Source of the DNA: Candidatus Niyogibacteria bacterium RIFCSPLOWO2_01_FULL_45_48
GTDB taxonomy: Bacteria > Patescibacteriota > Minisyncoccia > HO2-45-28
Assembly (NCBI GenBank): GCA_001819395.1
Contig: MHMQ01000015.1
Span: forward strand, 1-33,835
Reading direction: 5' to 3'
Length of the DNA stretch: 33,835 nucleotides
The notes beneath the pieces were generated by a model. It saw only the letters and a program-made list of their open reading frames with translations. It made no database searches and was not told the origin of the DNA. Of this stretch, positions 24,338 through 33,292 are shown piece by piece. The translations under genes were made by a program, and so were the position numbers. Numbering within the stretch: position 1 is the stretch's first letter; the number at the start of each line of letters is the position of its first letter.

Positions 24338-25825
24338 TTATTTCAGCACTCCCCAAATATTCGGGTCCTGGCCTCCGTCAAATTTAAATATGGCAACGCC
24401 GCGCACTCCGAGTTTTTTCGCAAGAGCGACTTTGTCGGCAACGGCCCTAGAATCGCTCCACGAAAGATAATTGAACGGCTGGCTGACACTTGCCTGCGAA
24501 TTTTCATTTTCTGCCACGGAGGACGAAGCGATAGTCTGCTGGGTTTGGGTGGATTCATCGCTTGAAGGAGCGGTTTCCTCCAGAAGCTTCGGGTCGTAAG
24601 TGAATCCGATTTCCCCAGCTTCGTTACGGGCCGGCGTGATGCCGAGTTTCTCCGCAATTTCTATGGCGTATGTCGGGTTGAAAGGCCATAACACTTTGTA
24701 TTCGTGCTTGCCGTTTGATACGGGTGTTACCTTGTATTCGTAGCCATATGTGGGAATGCCGATTATCAATTTGTTTTTTGAGATGTTTTGGGAGGCAAGC
24801 GTCGCTAATTCTTCAACCCACTCAATATCGGCAGTCGGCGCGTATGGCGCGGGACGTATGCCGTTTAAGCGCGTGTCTATCGTGCCTTGGTCGTAGGCCA
24901 TTATCTCCACCCTGTCGCAATATTTATTCATCTCCACGTAATCGTTCGCGTAGTCTCTGGCGTCGGGAGGAATGACGGCGCCCGGGCTGTATCGGCTTTC
25001 AAGAGGCATGCGGGCCTCAATCGTGCAATACACCCATTTATTGCCCATGCGCTGATAAAGGCCTTTTAGAAAAGTTGAGAAATAATTTATTGTCTCGTGG
25101 CGCTTGGCTTCAAAGTCAATGTCTATGCCGTCAAAATTATTTTTCTTTACTAAGTTCGCGATCTCGTCTTCAAGAGCTATTCGCGTTTTGGTATTGCTCA
25201 ATATCTTGTGAATGTTGGCGCCGTTGCCCCACATTACAGTCGGTATCACTCTTACTTTATTTTGTCTGGCCATTGCGATAAAACTCTTCCACGGTTCCTC
25301 GGTGAGTCGCGCGGTGTCTGCGAGCGTGCCGTCGCTTTTTACGCTGTAGCCGAAAGGCATGACGCCTGTAAGCTGTGATAAATGCGGGAGGACGTCTTGG
25401 GTTCCGGTAGCGGAGCGCCAGTAGGGTATCCAGCCTGAAATTTCAAAGGCCCCCGTGGCCGGCCCGGTAAGCGGACTGCCGTTTGCCGAGAAAGCCTGCC
25501 TGCTTGCGGGAATGGCCGTAGCCATCGCTGATTGTGTCCGCGGGCCATAAACGCCGTAGCCCGAAGCGCTTGAGCCCGCACAAATTATTTCTTTATTGCA
25601 CTGGAATTTTTTGATGGCATTTTCAGTCAGCGCGCCGAAGTATCCTGTAGCGTATCTGTCTGCCAGATATCCGGTTTTAATTAGGGATTTTTGCAGATCG
25701 GTGACATCTGCGCCCGAAAGTCCGAAATAAAGCGAGCGCGTAGCGGCAAAAGCGCCCAAGGGCACGGCGGAGAACAGTATAAAAAATAAGAATAAGAATA
25801 AAACGGCAAAACCGGCGTATTTCAT
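24338..25825 (-). CDS. Secreted glycoside hydrolase family 18 (chitinase-like / peptidoglycan hydrolase) with N-terminal PG_binding_1 domain
   Basis: Signal peptide. PG-binding motif ADVTDLQKSLIKTGYL...GYFGALTENAIKKFQ. GH18 catalytic motif FDGIDIDFE (DxxDxDxE). Confidence 0.8.
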   Translation of the reverse strand: MKYAGFAVLFLFLFFILFSAVPLGAFAATRSLYFGLSGADVTDLQKSLIKTGYLADRYATGYFGALTENAIKKFQCNKEIICAGSSASGYGVYGPRTQSAMATAIPASRQAFSANGSPLTGPATGAFEISGWIPYWRSATGTQDVLPHLSQLTGVMPFGYSVKSDGTLADTARLTEEPWKSFIAMARQNKVRVIPTVMWGNGANIHKILSNTKTRIALEDEIANLVKKNNFDGIDIDFEAKRHETINYFSTFLKGLYQRMGNKWVYCTIEARMPLESRYSPGAVIPPDARDYANDYVEMNKYCDRVEIMAYDQGTIDTRLNGIRPAPYAPTADIEWVEELATLASQNISKNKLIIGIPTYGYEYKVTPVSNGKHEYKVLWPFNPTYAIEIAEKLGITPARNEAGEIGFTYDPKLLEETAPSSDESTQTQQTIASSSVAENENSQASVSQPFNYLSWSDSRAVADKVALAKKLGVRGVAIFKFDGGQDPNIWGVLK

Positions 25826-25987
25826 ACATATATATTAGCAGACAGGCCCGCCTGTCGGCAGACAGGGAAAATGCCAGTGTAGGAAAGGGATGTTAATAAG
25901 TGTTTTGGTGTAATTGGAGCCAAAAAGTTAAAATGAATACACGGAAATTTAAGCAAAGGTCGAGTTAATATGATTTAAAAAAACAAA

Positions 25988-26209
25988 ATGAAATTTGTTC
26001 ATAAAATAGCTTTTCTGCTTTTGGTCGTAGGAGGCCTCAACTGGGCAGCGTTAGCCCTTTTTAACTGGGAAATCGGATCGCTTTTCGGCGGACAGATGGC
26101 CGCGGTTTCAAGGGTTATTTACGTCTTGGTCGGCCTTTCGGCCATCTACGAAGTTGCGACCCATTTCAAGAACTGCAAAGAGTGCATGTCGGGCTCGTCG
26201 GCGATGTAA
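25988..26209 (+). CDS. DUF378-family small membrane protein
   Basis: IAFLLLVVGGLNWAALALFNWEIGSLFGG...VSRVIYVLVGLSAIYE matches the DUF378 pattern (GxLNW...RxxYxLVGL). Confidence 0.65.
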   Translation: MKFVHKIAFLLLVVGGLNWAALALFNWEIGSLFGGQMAAVSRVIYVLVGLSAIYEVATHFKNCKECMSGSSAM

Positions 26210-26240
26210 TTCGGGCATTATTTAACGAATGTTTTAAAAA

Positions 26241-26266
26241 CTCCCCGATATTGCCGGGGGTTTTTA
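26241..26266 (+). terminator. Intrinsic terminator (CTCCCCG-atattgc-CGGGGG + TTTTT)
   Basis: Hairpin plus T-run about 30 nt after the DUF378 gene stop. Confidence 0.65.
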
Positions 26267-26328
26267 AATTGTAAAAAACCCCTATTTGCACAAATTGTTT
26301 TTTGTGAAATAATGTAATATAAACTTTT

Positions 26329-26946
26329 ATGGAAGAACAGGCGTATCAGTCAAAAAAAGAGGCTAGGGAAACCAGAAGAGAAGAAGAACGCGAGGCATTG
26401 AGGCGCAAAATTTTTACGCGCAAAGTTAAAAAATACGCCATAGCGGCGATTATTTTGGCCGTTTTGGGTTACGGCGCGTATTTTCTTTTTAAAAATTTTG
26501 CGCCGGATGGCGAGGATTTTAGCGTCGAAATTCCGCTCATGGACGAGAAAAGCCATGTCGCCGTAGGCTCGCTGCTTCCCGAATATAATTCAAACCCTCC
26601 GACATCGGGACCGCATTACAGCCAAACTGCCCGCTCCGGATTTCGTTCCGAAACCATCCCCGACCAGCACATAATCCACAATCTTGAACATGGGGATGTC
26701 TGGATTTCATTTCATCCGGGAGTGTCCGAAGAAATCAAGAAGGAACTAAAACAATTCGCGGCGGCAAAAGTAATAATCACGCCAAGAGACGCGAACGACA
26801 CCGACATCGCGCTTGCGTCATGGGGGCGCTTGGATAAATTCAACATCGAAAACGGCGATCTTCCGGTTAAACGAATCAGAAACTTTATAAAACTACACTC
26901 CAACCAAGGTCCGGAGAAAATTCCAGGAGCCAGCGGAGGGATATAG
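26329..26946 (+). CDS. DUF3105-domain membrane-anchored protein
   Basis: N-terminal charged region plus TM. Conserved NSNPPTSGPH and IHNLEHGDVWIS motifs are typical of DUF3105. Confidence 0.65.
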   Translation: MEEQAYQSKKEARETRREEEREALRRKIFTRKVKKYAIAAIILAVLGYGAYFLFKNFAPDGEDFSVEIPLMDEKSHVAVGSLLPEYNSNPPTSGPHYSQTARSGFRSETIPDQHIIHNLEHGDVWISFHPGVSEEIKKELKQFAAAKVIITPRDANDTDIALASWGRLDKFNIENGDLPVKRIRNFIKLHSNQGPEKIPGASGGI

Positions 26947-26952
26947 TTCGGC

Positions 26953-27717
26953 ATGATTCCCATTATAGAGGTCAAAAACCTTGTTAAGCGCTATAAAAAG
27001 GCGGATGAAAACGCGGTTGACGGCGTTTCGTTTTCGGTTGAGGAGGGCGAATTTTTCGCCTTTTTGGGCCCGAACGGCGCGGGTAAAACCACGACCATAT
27101 CGGTTCTCACAACCACGCTCTCAAAAACGGCCGGTGATGTGCGAATAGCCGGCTTTGATTTGGACAGGCACGAAAAAGAGGTCAGACAAAGAATAGGCGT
27201 CATTTTTCAAAACCACAGTCTGGACAAAAACCTTACCGCGGAAGAAAACATAAGATTTCACGCGAGCCTTTACGGCCTCCACTCGTTCCGGCCGTTTTAT
27301 TCGCTGATGTCCAAAGACTATAAAAAAAGACTTGCGGAGCTCGCCGATGTCGTGGGGCTCGGGCGCGACCTTTTCAAACCGATTAAATCGTACTCGGGCG
27401 GGATGAAAAGAAAACTGGAAATTGTTCGCGGACTTATGCATAATCCGCGGGTTTTATTTTTGGATGAGCCGACAACCGGACTTGATCCATTGAGCCGAAA
27501 AAACGTATGGAGCTATCTCCAGGATGTTCGCAAAAAAGACAAAACAACTATTTTTTTAACCACGCATTATTTGGAAGAGGCCGAGTCGGCCGATCACGTC
27601 TGCATAATCAATCACGGGCGCATAGTCGCTTACGGAACTCCGCGGGATATAAGCCATGAAAAGTCGCTTGAGGAAGCCTATTTAGAAATAATCACAAACG
27701 AGTATGCGAGAGCTTAA
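26953..27717 (+). CDS. ABC transporter ATP-binding protein (ABC-2/DrrA-like)
   Basis: Walker A GPNGAGKTT. Signature YSGGMKRK. Walker B LFLDEPTTG. H-loop TTHYL. Confidence 0.85.
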   Translation: MIPIIEVKNLVKRYKKADENAVDGVSFSVEEGEFFAFLGPNGAGKTTTISVLTTTLSKTAGDVRIAGFDLDRHEKEVRQRIGVIFQNHSLDKNLTAEENIRFHASLYGLHSFRPFYSLMSKDYKKRLAELADVVGLGRDLFKPIKSYSGGMKRKLEIVRGLMHNPRVLFLDEPTTGLDPLSRKNVWSYLQDVRKKDKTTIFLTTHYLEEAESADHVCIINHGRIVAYGTPRDISHEKSLEEAYLEIITNEYARA

Positions 27718-28483
27718 TGCCGTCTTAACAATCGCATTCAGGGACCTGACCAAACTTCTGCGAGACAGAATCAGAATTCTTGCGGGGCTTGTTTTTCCGG
27801 TCATATTTATAGGGGTGCTCGGAGGAAGCTTGAACGCGAATATCGGCAAAGGTCTTGGCTTTGATTTTTTGACATTCGTTTTTACCGGCGTTTTCGCCCA
27901 AGTTTTTTTCCAATCGAGCGCCGCGGGCGTGATTTCTTTAATACAAGACCGCGAAGAAGACTTCAGCCAGGAATTGTTTGTGGCACCCGTTTCGCGCTAT
28001 TCAATAATTTTCGGAAAAATTTTGGGCGAAACACTTGTTTCTTCAATTCAGGTTGCGGGCATACTTATTTTCGGGTTTATAATCGGAGTTGAGTTCAGCG
28101 CGAAAATTCTTTCTCTTTTGATTCCGGCGGGGCTTGCGGCGAGTTTTTTCGGGGGCGCTTTCGGGGTTATGGTACTTGCCAATGTCGGCTCACAGCGCAC
28201 AATGGCGCAGATTTTCCCTTTTGTTTTATTTCCCCAGATATTTTTGAGCGGGGTTTTCGCGCCCGTTGAAAACTTCCCGCCGATATTGGCTTTTCTTTCA
28301 AAAATCGCGCCTTTGACATACGCCGTTGACGTTGTCAGATACGCTTATTACTCCGGCTCTCCGGAACTTTCCAAAGTGACGGCTTTTGGCGTAACCACCG
28401 ATATTTTGGTGATGCTTGCGCTATTTTTTATATTTTTATTTATCGGCACTTTTCTTTTCGTCCGAAAAGAACGCAACCGCTAA
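27704..28483 (+). CDS. ABC-2 family transporter permease
   Basis: 259 aa, 6 TM. Overlaps the upstream ATPase by 14 nt (translationally coupled). Confidence 0.75.
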   Translation: MRELNAVLTIAFRDLTKLLRDRIRILAGLVFPVIFIGVLGGSLNANIGKGLGFDFLTFVFTGVFAQVFFQSSAAGVISLIQDREEDFSQELFVAPVSRYSIIFGKILGETLVSSIQVAGILIFGFIIGVEFSAKILSLLIPAGLAASFFGGAFGVMVLANVGSQRTMAQIFPFVLFPQIFLSGVFAPVENFPPILAFLSKIAPLTYAVDVVRYAYYSGSPELSKVTAFGVTTDILVMLALFFIFLFIGTFLFVRKERNR

Positions 28484-29397
28484 ACCCTCAAATATCTGCG
28501 GGTTGCGACGGAGCTTGAAATGACGCCCAGAAGCACGCCCATTACGAACAATATCAAAAATATTTCAAAAAAGTTCGAGAGGTAGTAGTCGAAAAGATTT
28601 GGCCCGCCAAAAAATCTGACCGACGCCGGACCAAGCCACATGGTTATGGGATAAAAAATTATAATCGATACAACCGCCGAAATCGCGCCGTAAAGCGCGC
28701 CCTCAACCACAAAAGGCGCGCGGACATGCCGGCTGGTCGCGCCAACCAGGCGTTTCACTGCTATTTCATCTCTTAAGGTATAAATGGCGAGGCGTATAGT
28801 GTTGAAAACAACGAGCATGGCAATGAGCGAAAAAACAAGCGTCGCTCCGAAACCGACCGCGCGCGCCGCAGCCAAAAATCCGGAGAGCCGTTCAATGACC
28901 ACCTGATTTTGAAAATAATTTATTTTGTCGATCAATTTTGAATACGCGCTCGAATCCAAAAACCTGGCTATAACTTCATATTGGCCGGTATCGCCCGCCC
29001 TGATGTTCAAGCTTGCCTGAAGAGGATTGTCGTCAAGTTCATCAAGCGACTGGGTGATTAGGGCGTTTGCGGTGTGTCTTGTCTTAAATCTTTCAAGAGC
29101 CTCGTCCTCCGAAACATACGTTACGGCTTTAACTTGCGGCAGCTGAGAAAGGGCGGATTTGACGCTTAAAATTTCATCCTCGGCGGCTTCTTTTTTGAAA
29201 TAGACGCTTATGTCAACCTCTTCTTCAATCCTGGAAAGCGCGGATGTCAAAAGCACATTTGAAAAAAGAAGAGAGCCGATTACGAAAAGCGCCAAGACCA
29301 TCACCAGGGTTGCCGCAACCGAAACAAGACCGTTCCTCCAGAAATTTATAATCCCCTCTTTAATCGCCCTCCTAAGTTGTACATTCATGAAACGCAT
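28480..29397 (-). CDS. ftsX: Cell division ABC transporter permease-like protein FtsX
   Basis: Four-TM topology with a large periplasmic loop after TM1. Follows ftsE. The start could be M4 (29388). Confidence 0.8.
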   Translation of the reverse strand: MRFMNVQLRRAIKEGIINFWRNGLVSVAATLVMVLALFVIGSLLFSNVLLTSALSRIEEEVDISVYFKKEAAEDEILSVKSALSQLPQVKAVTYVSEDEALERFKTRHTANALITQSLDELDDNPLQASLNIRAGDTGQYEVIARFLDSSAYSKLIDKINYFQNQVVIERLSGFLAAARAVGFGATLVFSLIAMLVVFNTIRLAIYTLRDEIAVKRLVGATSRHVRAPFVVEGALYGAISAVVSIIIFYPITMWLGPASVRFFGGPNLFDYYLSNFFEIFLILFVMGVLLGVISSSVATRRYLRV

Positions 29398-29404
29398 GTT
29401 TTAA

Positions 29405-30085
29405 CTATATTATATAACGGCCCTTTTTGTCATCGCGCGCAAGTTTGCCCTTGTCCAAGGTTATTACACGGCGCCCCAAAGAGTTCACCACATCATGATT
29501 GTGCGTAGCAAGCATCACCGTGGTTCCAAGGTTGTTTATCTTTTTTAAAAGCTCGGCGATCTCTTTTGTGTTTATCGGGTCGAGATTTCCTGTCGGCTCA
29601 TCGGCCAAAATCACTTCCGGATGATTGACTATGGCTCTGGCAATGGCCACCCGCTGTTTTTCGCCTCCGGAAAGCTCATGCGGAAAGTGCAAAGCCTTGT
29701 TCACAAGACCAACAAGCTCCAAAGCCTGCGGAACGTCGTTTTCCACGTCTTCATCAGTGGCGCCAGCGGCCTCCATTGCGAAGGCTATATTTTCATAGGC
29801 GGTTTTTGTCGGAAGCAGTCTGAAGTCCTGAAAAATCGAGCCGATTCTGCGCCTGATTTTAGGCAGTTCGTCGCGTGATGCCTCGTGAACGTTTATTGAT
29901 TCAAAAAAAACTTTGCCCGAAGTCGGCTTGTCTTCGGCCAGAAGCATTTTTAAAAGAGTTGTCTTGCCCGCGCCCGAATGCCCGACTATAGATACGAATT
30001 CTTTTGGCTCAACCGAAAAACTGACGTCTTCAAGCGCGATGGACGTCGGTGAGTAAACTTTTGAAACTTTATCAAAATAAATCAT
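29405..30085 (-). CDS. ftsE: Cell division ATP-binding protein FtsE
   Basis: Walker A GHSGAGKTT. Signature LSGGEKQR. Walker B ILADEPTGNLD. 226 aa, directly upstream of ftsX. Confidence 0.9.
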   Translation of the reverse strand: MIYFDKVSKVYSPTSIALEDVSFSVEPKEFVSIVGHSGAGKTTLLKMLLAEDKPTSGKVFFESINVHEASRDELPKIRRRIGSIFQDFRLLPTKTAYENIAFAMEAAGATDEDVENDVPQALELVGLVNKALHFPHELSGGEKQRVAIARAIVNHPEVILADEPTGNLDPINTKEIAELLKKINNLGTTVMLATHNHDVVNSLGRRVITLDKGKLARDDKKGRYII

Positions 30086-30961
30086 TTAAATTTTTAGTTC
30101 GGCTTCTATAAATTCGTCCAGTTCCCCGTTAAGCACGGCCTCCACATTTGAGGTTTCAGCTTCGGTGCGGTGGTCTTTTACCATTTTATACGGGTGCAAA
30201 ACGTAAGATCGGATCTGGTGCCCCCATTCAGCCGTGCCTTTGCTTTTGCTTGTTATTTTTAAGGACTGGATTTCTTTTTTTTCCTCTTCTTCTTTTTTGC
30301 GGTAAAGTTTTGAGCGCAAAAGCTCAAGCGCTCTTTCGCGGTTTTGCGCTTGCGATCTTTCTGAATCTATATGGGCCTGAATTCCGGTCGGTTTGTGGAT
30401 TATGCGCACCGCCGTTTCGCGCTTATTCACATTCTGCCCCCCGGGACCCGAAGAACGCGCGAACTGCACGTCTATTTCGTCCGATTTTATCTCTATATCT
30501 TCTTTATGCACTAATTTCGGCATCACTTCAACCAGGGCAAATGAGGTATGGCGGAGTTTGCGTGCAGAAAAAGGAGAAATTCTCACCAAACGATGAACTC
30601 CGGACTCGCCTCTTAAACGGCCATAAGCCGATTTTCCGACAACCTCAAACGTGACATTTTTAGTTCCACTAGTTTCGTTTTTGTGATGATGTAACAAAAC
30701 GACCTGCCAACGGCTTTTTTCGGCAAATCTGCGGTACATTTCAAGAAGCATTGAAGCCCAATCCTCGGCGTCATCCCCTCCGGCTCCGGAATAAATTGAG
30801 ATAACAGCGTCGCCCTTGTCGTATTTGCCGCCGGTCTTGGATTGCTCTTTAAGAGCGCTTAGTTTCTTTATCGCCTCTTGCGCCCTGTCTTTGTCGTTCC
30901 AGAAATTAGGGTCTTGCATCTCACTCTCAAGACTCTTAATCTCTTCGGAAATGTCGGCCAT
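30086..30961 (-). CDS. prfB: Peptide chain release factor 2 (shortened N-terminal domain, no programmed frameshift)
   Basis: SPF tripeptide (RISPFSARK), GGQ motif (SGPGGQNVNK), conserved C-terminal WGHQIRSYVLHPY. Only ~20 nt separate the start codon from the upstream tRNA terminator, so no ORF0 or frameshift site exists. Confidence 0.9.
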   Translation of the reverse strand: MADISEEIKSLESEMQDPNFWNDKDRAQEAIKKLSALKEQSKTGGKYDKGDAVISIYSGAGGDDAEDWASMLLEMYRRFAEKSRWQVVLLHHHKNETSGTKNVTFEVVGKSAYGRLRGESGVHRLVRISPFSARKLRHTSFALVEVMPKLVHKEDIEIKSDEIDVQFARSSGPGGQNVNKRETAVRIIHKPTGIQAHIDSERSQAQNRERALELLRSKLYRKKEEEEKKEIQSLKITSKSKGTAEWGHQIRSYVLHPYKMVKDHRTEAETSNVEAVLNGELDEFIEAELKI

Positions 30962-30974
30962 TTTATAACTCTAA

Positions 30975-30996
30975 CAAAAAATTGCCGTTTCGGCAA
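30975..30996 (-). terminator. Intrinsic terminator after tRNA-Thr (TTGCCG-aaa-CGGCAA + U-run on minus strand)
   Basis: 6-bp stem at 30982-30996 with A-run 30975-30981 on the + strand. Confidence 0.6.
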
Positions 30997-30997
30997 T

Positions 30998-31072
30998 TGG
31001 AGCCGAAGGTGGGATTTGAACCCACGACCTACTCTTTACGAAAGAGTTGCTCTACCGCTGAGCTACTTCGGC
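30998..31072 (-). tRNA. tRNA-Thr (anticodon CGU), 75 nt with encoded CCA
   Basis: Manual cloverleaf on minus strand. Acceptor GCCGAAG/CUUCGGC. D-arm GCUC-AGCGGUA-GAGC. Anticodon arm ACUCU-UUCGUAA-AGAGU. T-arm GUGGG-UUCAAAU-CCCAC. Discriminator U, then CCA. Confidence 0.85.
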
Positions 31073-31117
31073 AATCCTAAAAATAGTTTAACGATTTCGC
31101 GCAAAAAGAAAAGATGT

Positions 31118-32095
31118 TCAAAGTTGCTCCAATTTCACCAAATAGTCGTCCGCCGGTTCGGAGCTTAAAATACCCTCCTTTACCATGTCGCCGATTACAA
31201 ACCTAATATCATCAACATCTTTGTCGTCCCACGAATTCATCAGAAGTTCCGGTATGTTTTGAACGGCCAAAGCAAGGGCCGCGTCAGATTTTAACCCAAG
31301 CTCTTCTTTATATTTCGCGATTGCGTCCGGATTTTTTTTGAGATAATTGTTTGTTTCAATAATCGCCGCGACTAAAGCGCGTGCGGCTTTAGGATTTGCG
31401 CCAATCCAATCTTGATAAGCGGTAAGGCCTATAAAAGAAAGGGGTCTTGAGACGCTTTTTGTCCACAAGGGGCTTAGCCCTCCCAAACTTCTGTATTCTA
31501 CCGAAACCAAAAAGTTTGCGACATCCGGCCAGCTGAAAAGGGAGACATTTACTTCACCCCTAGTCAAAAGGCCGGCTGTTTCCGCAAGGTTTCCAAAACG
31601 GATAATCGTTTCCTTTTCAATTGAAACACCATTTTTTCTTGCGACCAAATCCAAACTGGCGTATGCCGCGCTGACTTTCGGCGGAACGGCGAGTTTTGCT
31701 CCTGGCAGGTCTCCAACGGTCATAAAACGCGAATCGGTCCTGGCCACCAAAACGTTCGGCGAGTAAAAAAGCGGGCCAAAAATTCTTAATTTGGATCCTT
31801 TCAGATTGTCCTGGGCGATTGAAAATAGGCTAGACGCGCCGACATCCACCTCGCGGTCTCTCGCCTGCCGCTCCACCTCACCCGGAGAAGAATATTTTAA
31901 ATTCAGTTCCAGATTGTGTTTTTTATCTATTCCCATGTCAACCATCGCGGTATAAATCAGCGTGTGCGGAGAATTGCCGACGGCGCCGACGGTTATTTTA
32001 TAGGGCTCGGCCGGCTTGGAAAAATAGTAAACCCACGAAACGACGGCCAAAACAGCGACCAGCGCCAATATTTTTAACAAAGATTTAAAATCCAT
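31118..32095 (-). CDS. ABC-type transporter substrate-binding protein, NMT1/SsuA/TauA-like (nitrate/sulfonate/bicarbonate family), membrane-anchored
   Basis: N-terminal TM/signal anchor. Periplasmic-binding-protein-like length (325 aa) and composition. Family call by general resemblance only. Confidence 0.55.
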   Translation of the reverse strand: MDFKSLLKILALVAVLAVVSWVYYFSKPAEPYKITVGAVGNSPHTLIYTAMVDMGIDKKHNLELNLKYSSPGEVERQARDREVDVGASSLFSIAQDNLKGSKLRIFGPLFYSPNVLVARTDSRFMTVGDLPGAKLAVPPKVSAAYASLDLVARKNGVSIEKETIIRFGNLAETAGLLTRGEVNVSLFSWPDVANFLVSVEYRSLGGLSPLWTKSVSRPLSFIGLTAYQDWIGANPKAARALVAAIIETNNYLKKNPDAIAKYKEELGLKSDAALALAVQNIPELLMNSWDDKDVDDIRFVIGDMVKEGILSSEPADDYLVKLEQL

Positions 32096-32136
32096 AAATA
32101 TATTATAACACCTTAAATATATAATAACACTTTTTG

Positions 32137-32207
32137 TGCGAGATAGGAGAATCGAACTCCTGCCTAATGCTTGGGAAGCACTCGTTCTGCCACTAAACCA
32201 ATCTCGC
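32137..32207 (-). tRNA. tRNA-Gly (anticodon CCC), 71 nt, no encoded CCA
   Basis: Manual cloverleaf on minus strand. Acceptor GCGAGAU/AUCUCGC. D-arm GUUU-AGUGGCA-GAAC. Anticodon arm AGUGC-UUCCCAA-GCAUU. T-arm AGGAG-UUCGAUU-CUCCU. Discriminator A. Track ORF 32136-32390 (+) is an artefact over this gene. Confidence 0.85.
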
Positions 32208-32211
32208 GTTT

Positions 32212-32748
32212 TTACTTTTCAACCAACTGGCCGTCCTGCCATCTATACGGCAAAAAATATATTTTTATGTCCGATTTTGCAAGTCTGCCGGAAAGCCACG
32301 CGCCAAATTCAACCCCCTCTTTTTGCAGAGCCTCGTAGATCAAGTCTTGGCGCGCTTGCGGAAGAAGCGAGAATCTTTTCAGGTCTTTGAGGGTCCAGCC
32401 ATAAAGTTTGGCGGAAGCCTCGCTTAAATTGGCGCCGTCTTTTTGAAGAGCCTCGTCTACTCTTTTTTGGGCGTCGTTCTCGCTAAAACCGCGCAAACGA
32501 AACTCCTCCAGCACGATTTCGTCGGCAACCAAAGACATTATCATTCCTCTGCCTGCAGGTTTTTCATCGACAAGAACATCGGCCGCGCCGTTATAACGGT
32601 TAAATCCGGCGGTGAGGCCGTAATAATTTTTTGCCCAAACCAAACTTCCGTTTACGCTTATTACCGGATACAAACCGAAACTCGAAACGGAAATAAAAAT
32701 GACGGCAGTAGCGGAAAATAATAATAGAGTGTAAAATCTCAAACTCAT
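32212..32748 (-). CDS. Hypothetical membrane-anchored protein (178 aa)
   Basis: Track ORF. N-terminal TM helix. No family recognised. Overlaps the upstream ftsB-like gene by 4 nt. Confidence 0.5.
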   Translation of the reverse strand: MSLRFYTLLLFSATAVIFISVSSFGLYPVISVNGSLVWAKNYYGLTAGFNRYNGAADVLVDEKPAGRGMIMSLVADEIVLEEFRLRGFSENDAQKRVDEALQKDGANLSEASAKLYGWTLKDLKRFSLLPQARQDLIYEALQKEGVEFGAWLSGRLAKSDIKIYFLPYRWQDGQLVEK

Positions 32749-33146
32749 CGCCCAAAACCAAACAGACCGCCGAAAAGACCGGCCACCCCGCTGAAGAACG
32801 CCGAAAGATTGTCCCCGTCTACAGGCCGCTCATTTTCCTGCGGACGATCGACTATTATCATCAGCTCTTCACCGGGCTTGACCAAACCGAATTTCCGTCT
32901 CAACTCCCTTTCTAGACCATAGGCACTCGAAAGATAATCCAGGCGTTTTTCGAGATCCGTTTTTTTTACCAACAGATCTTCGTGTTTGCTTCTTACGTCA
33001 AGATACGTCGCGCGAGTGAGAGAGGCATTAAAATGGGTATTGATAGCCGATTTCCCCAAAAATACAACGGCCAAAAAAAGAACAAATATGGCCGGCCATG
33101 AATAAATAATTTTTCGAACCGGATCTTGATTTTGAAATTTCCGCAT
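32745..33146 (-). CDS. Septum formation initiator family protein (FtsB/DivIC-like)
   Basis: N-terminal TM, a coiled coil (LLVKKTDLEKRLDYLSS), and the characteristic ELRRKFGLVKPGEELMII segment. Confidence 0.55.
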   Translation of the reverse strand: MRKFQNQDPVRKIIYSWPAIFVLFLAVVFLGKSAINTHFNASLTRATYLDVRSKHEDLLVKKTDLEKRLDYLSSAYGLERELRRKFGLVKPGEELMIIVDRPQENERPVDGDNLSAFFSGVAGLFGGLFGFGR

Positions 33147-33170
33147 TTTGTTTTATTATATCATAACTGT

Positions 33171-33287
33171 ATGTTTTTAAGCCCGAAACACAAGAAAAAA
33201 TACGGCGCGATCTGGACGGTCATAAGCGTCTTGGCCATAATAGGCATGGTTGCTTATCTTATTATTCCGCTCCTAACAGTTTTCTAG
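33171..33287 (+). CDS. Possible small membrane protein (38 aa: MFLSPKHKKKYGAIWTVISVLAIIGMVAYLIIPLLTVF)
   Basis: Below the track size cutoff. Found by reading the 146-bp gap. Basic N-terminus plus a single TM helix. No SD sequence. Confidence 0.3.
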   Translation: MFLSPKHKKKYGAIWTVISVLAIIGMVAYLIIPLLTVF

Positions 33288-33292
33288 CCGGT

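Noticed and set aside
30148-30654. 168-aa + strand ORF antisense to prfB
   Set aside because: It is wholly embedded antisense within the well-supported RF2 gene. Its composition is low complexity.
30961-31000. A programmed +1 frameshift leader (ORF0) upstream of prfB
   Set aside because: The 37 nt upstream are occupied by the tRNA-Thr terminator hairpin and the tRNA 3' end. No CUU UGA C site or upstream ORF is possible.
32136-32390. 84-aa + strand ORF MRDRRIELLPNAWEALVLPL...
   Set aside because: It overlaps tRNA-Gly(CCC) on the opposite strand and runs antisense into the 3' end of gene 32212-32748. It is an artefact.
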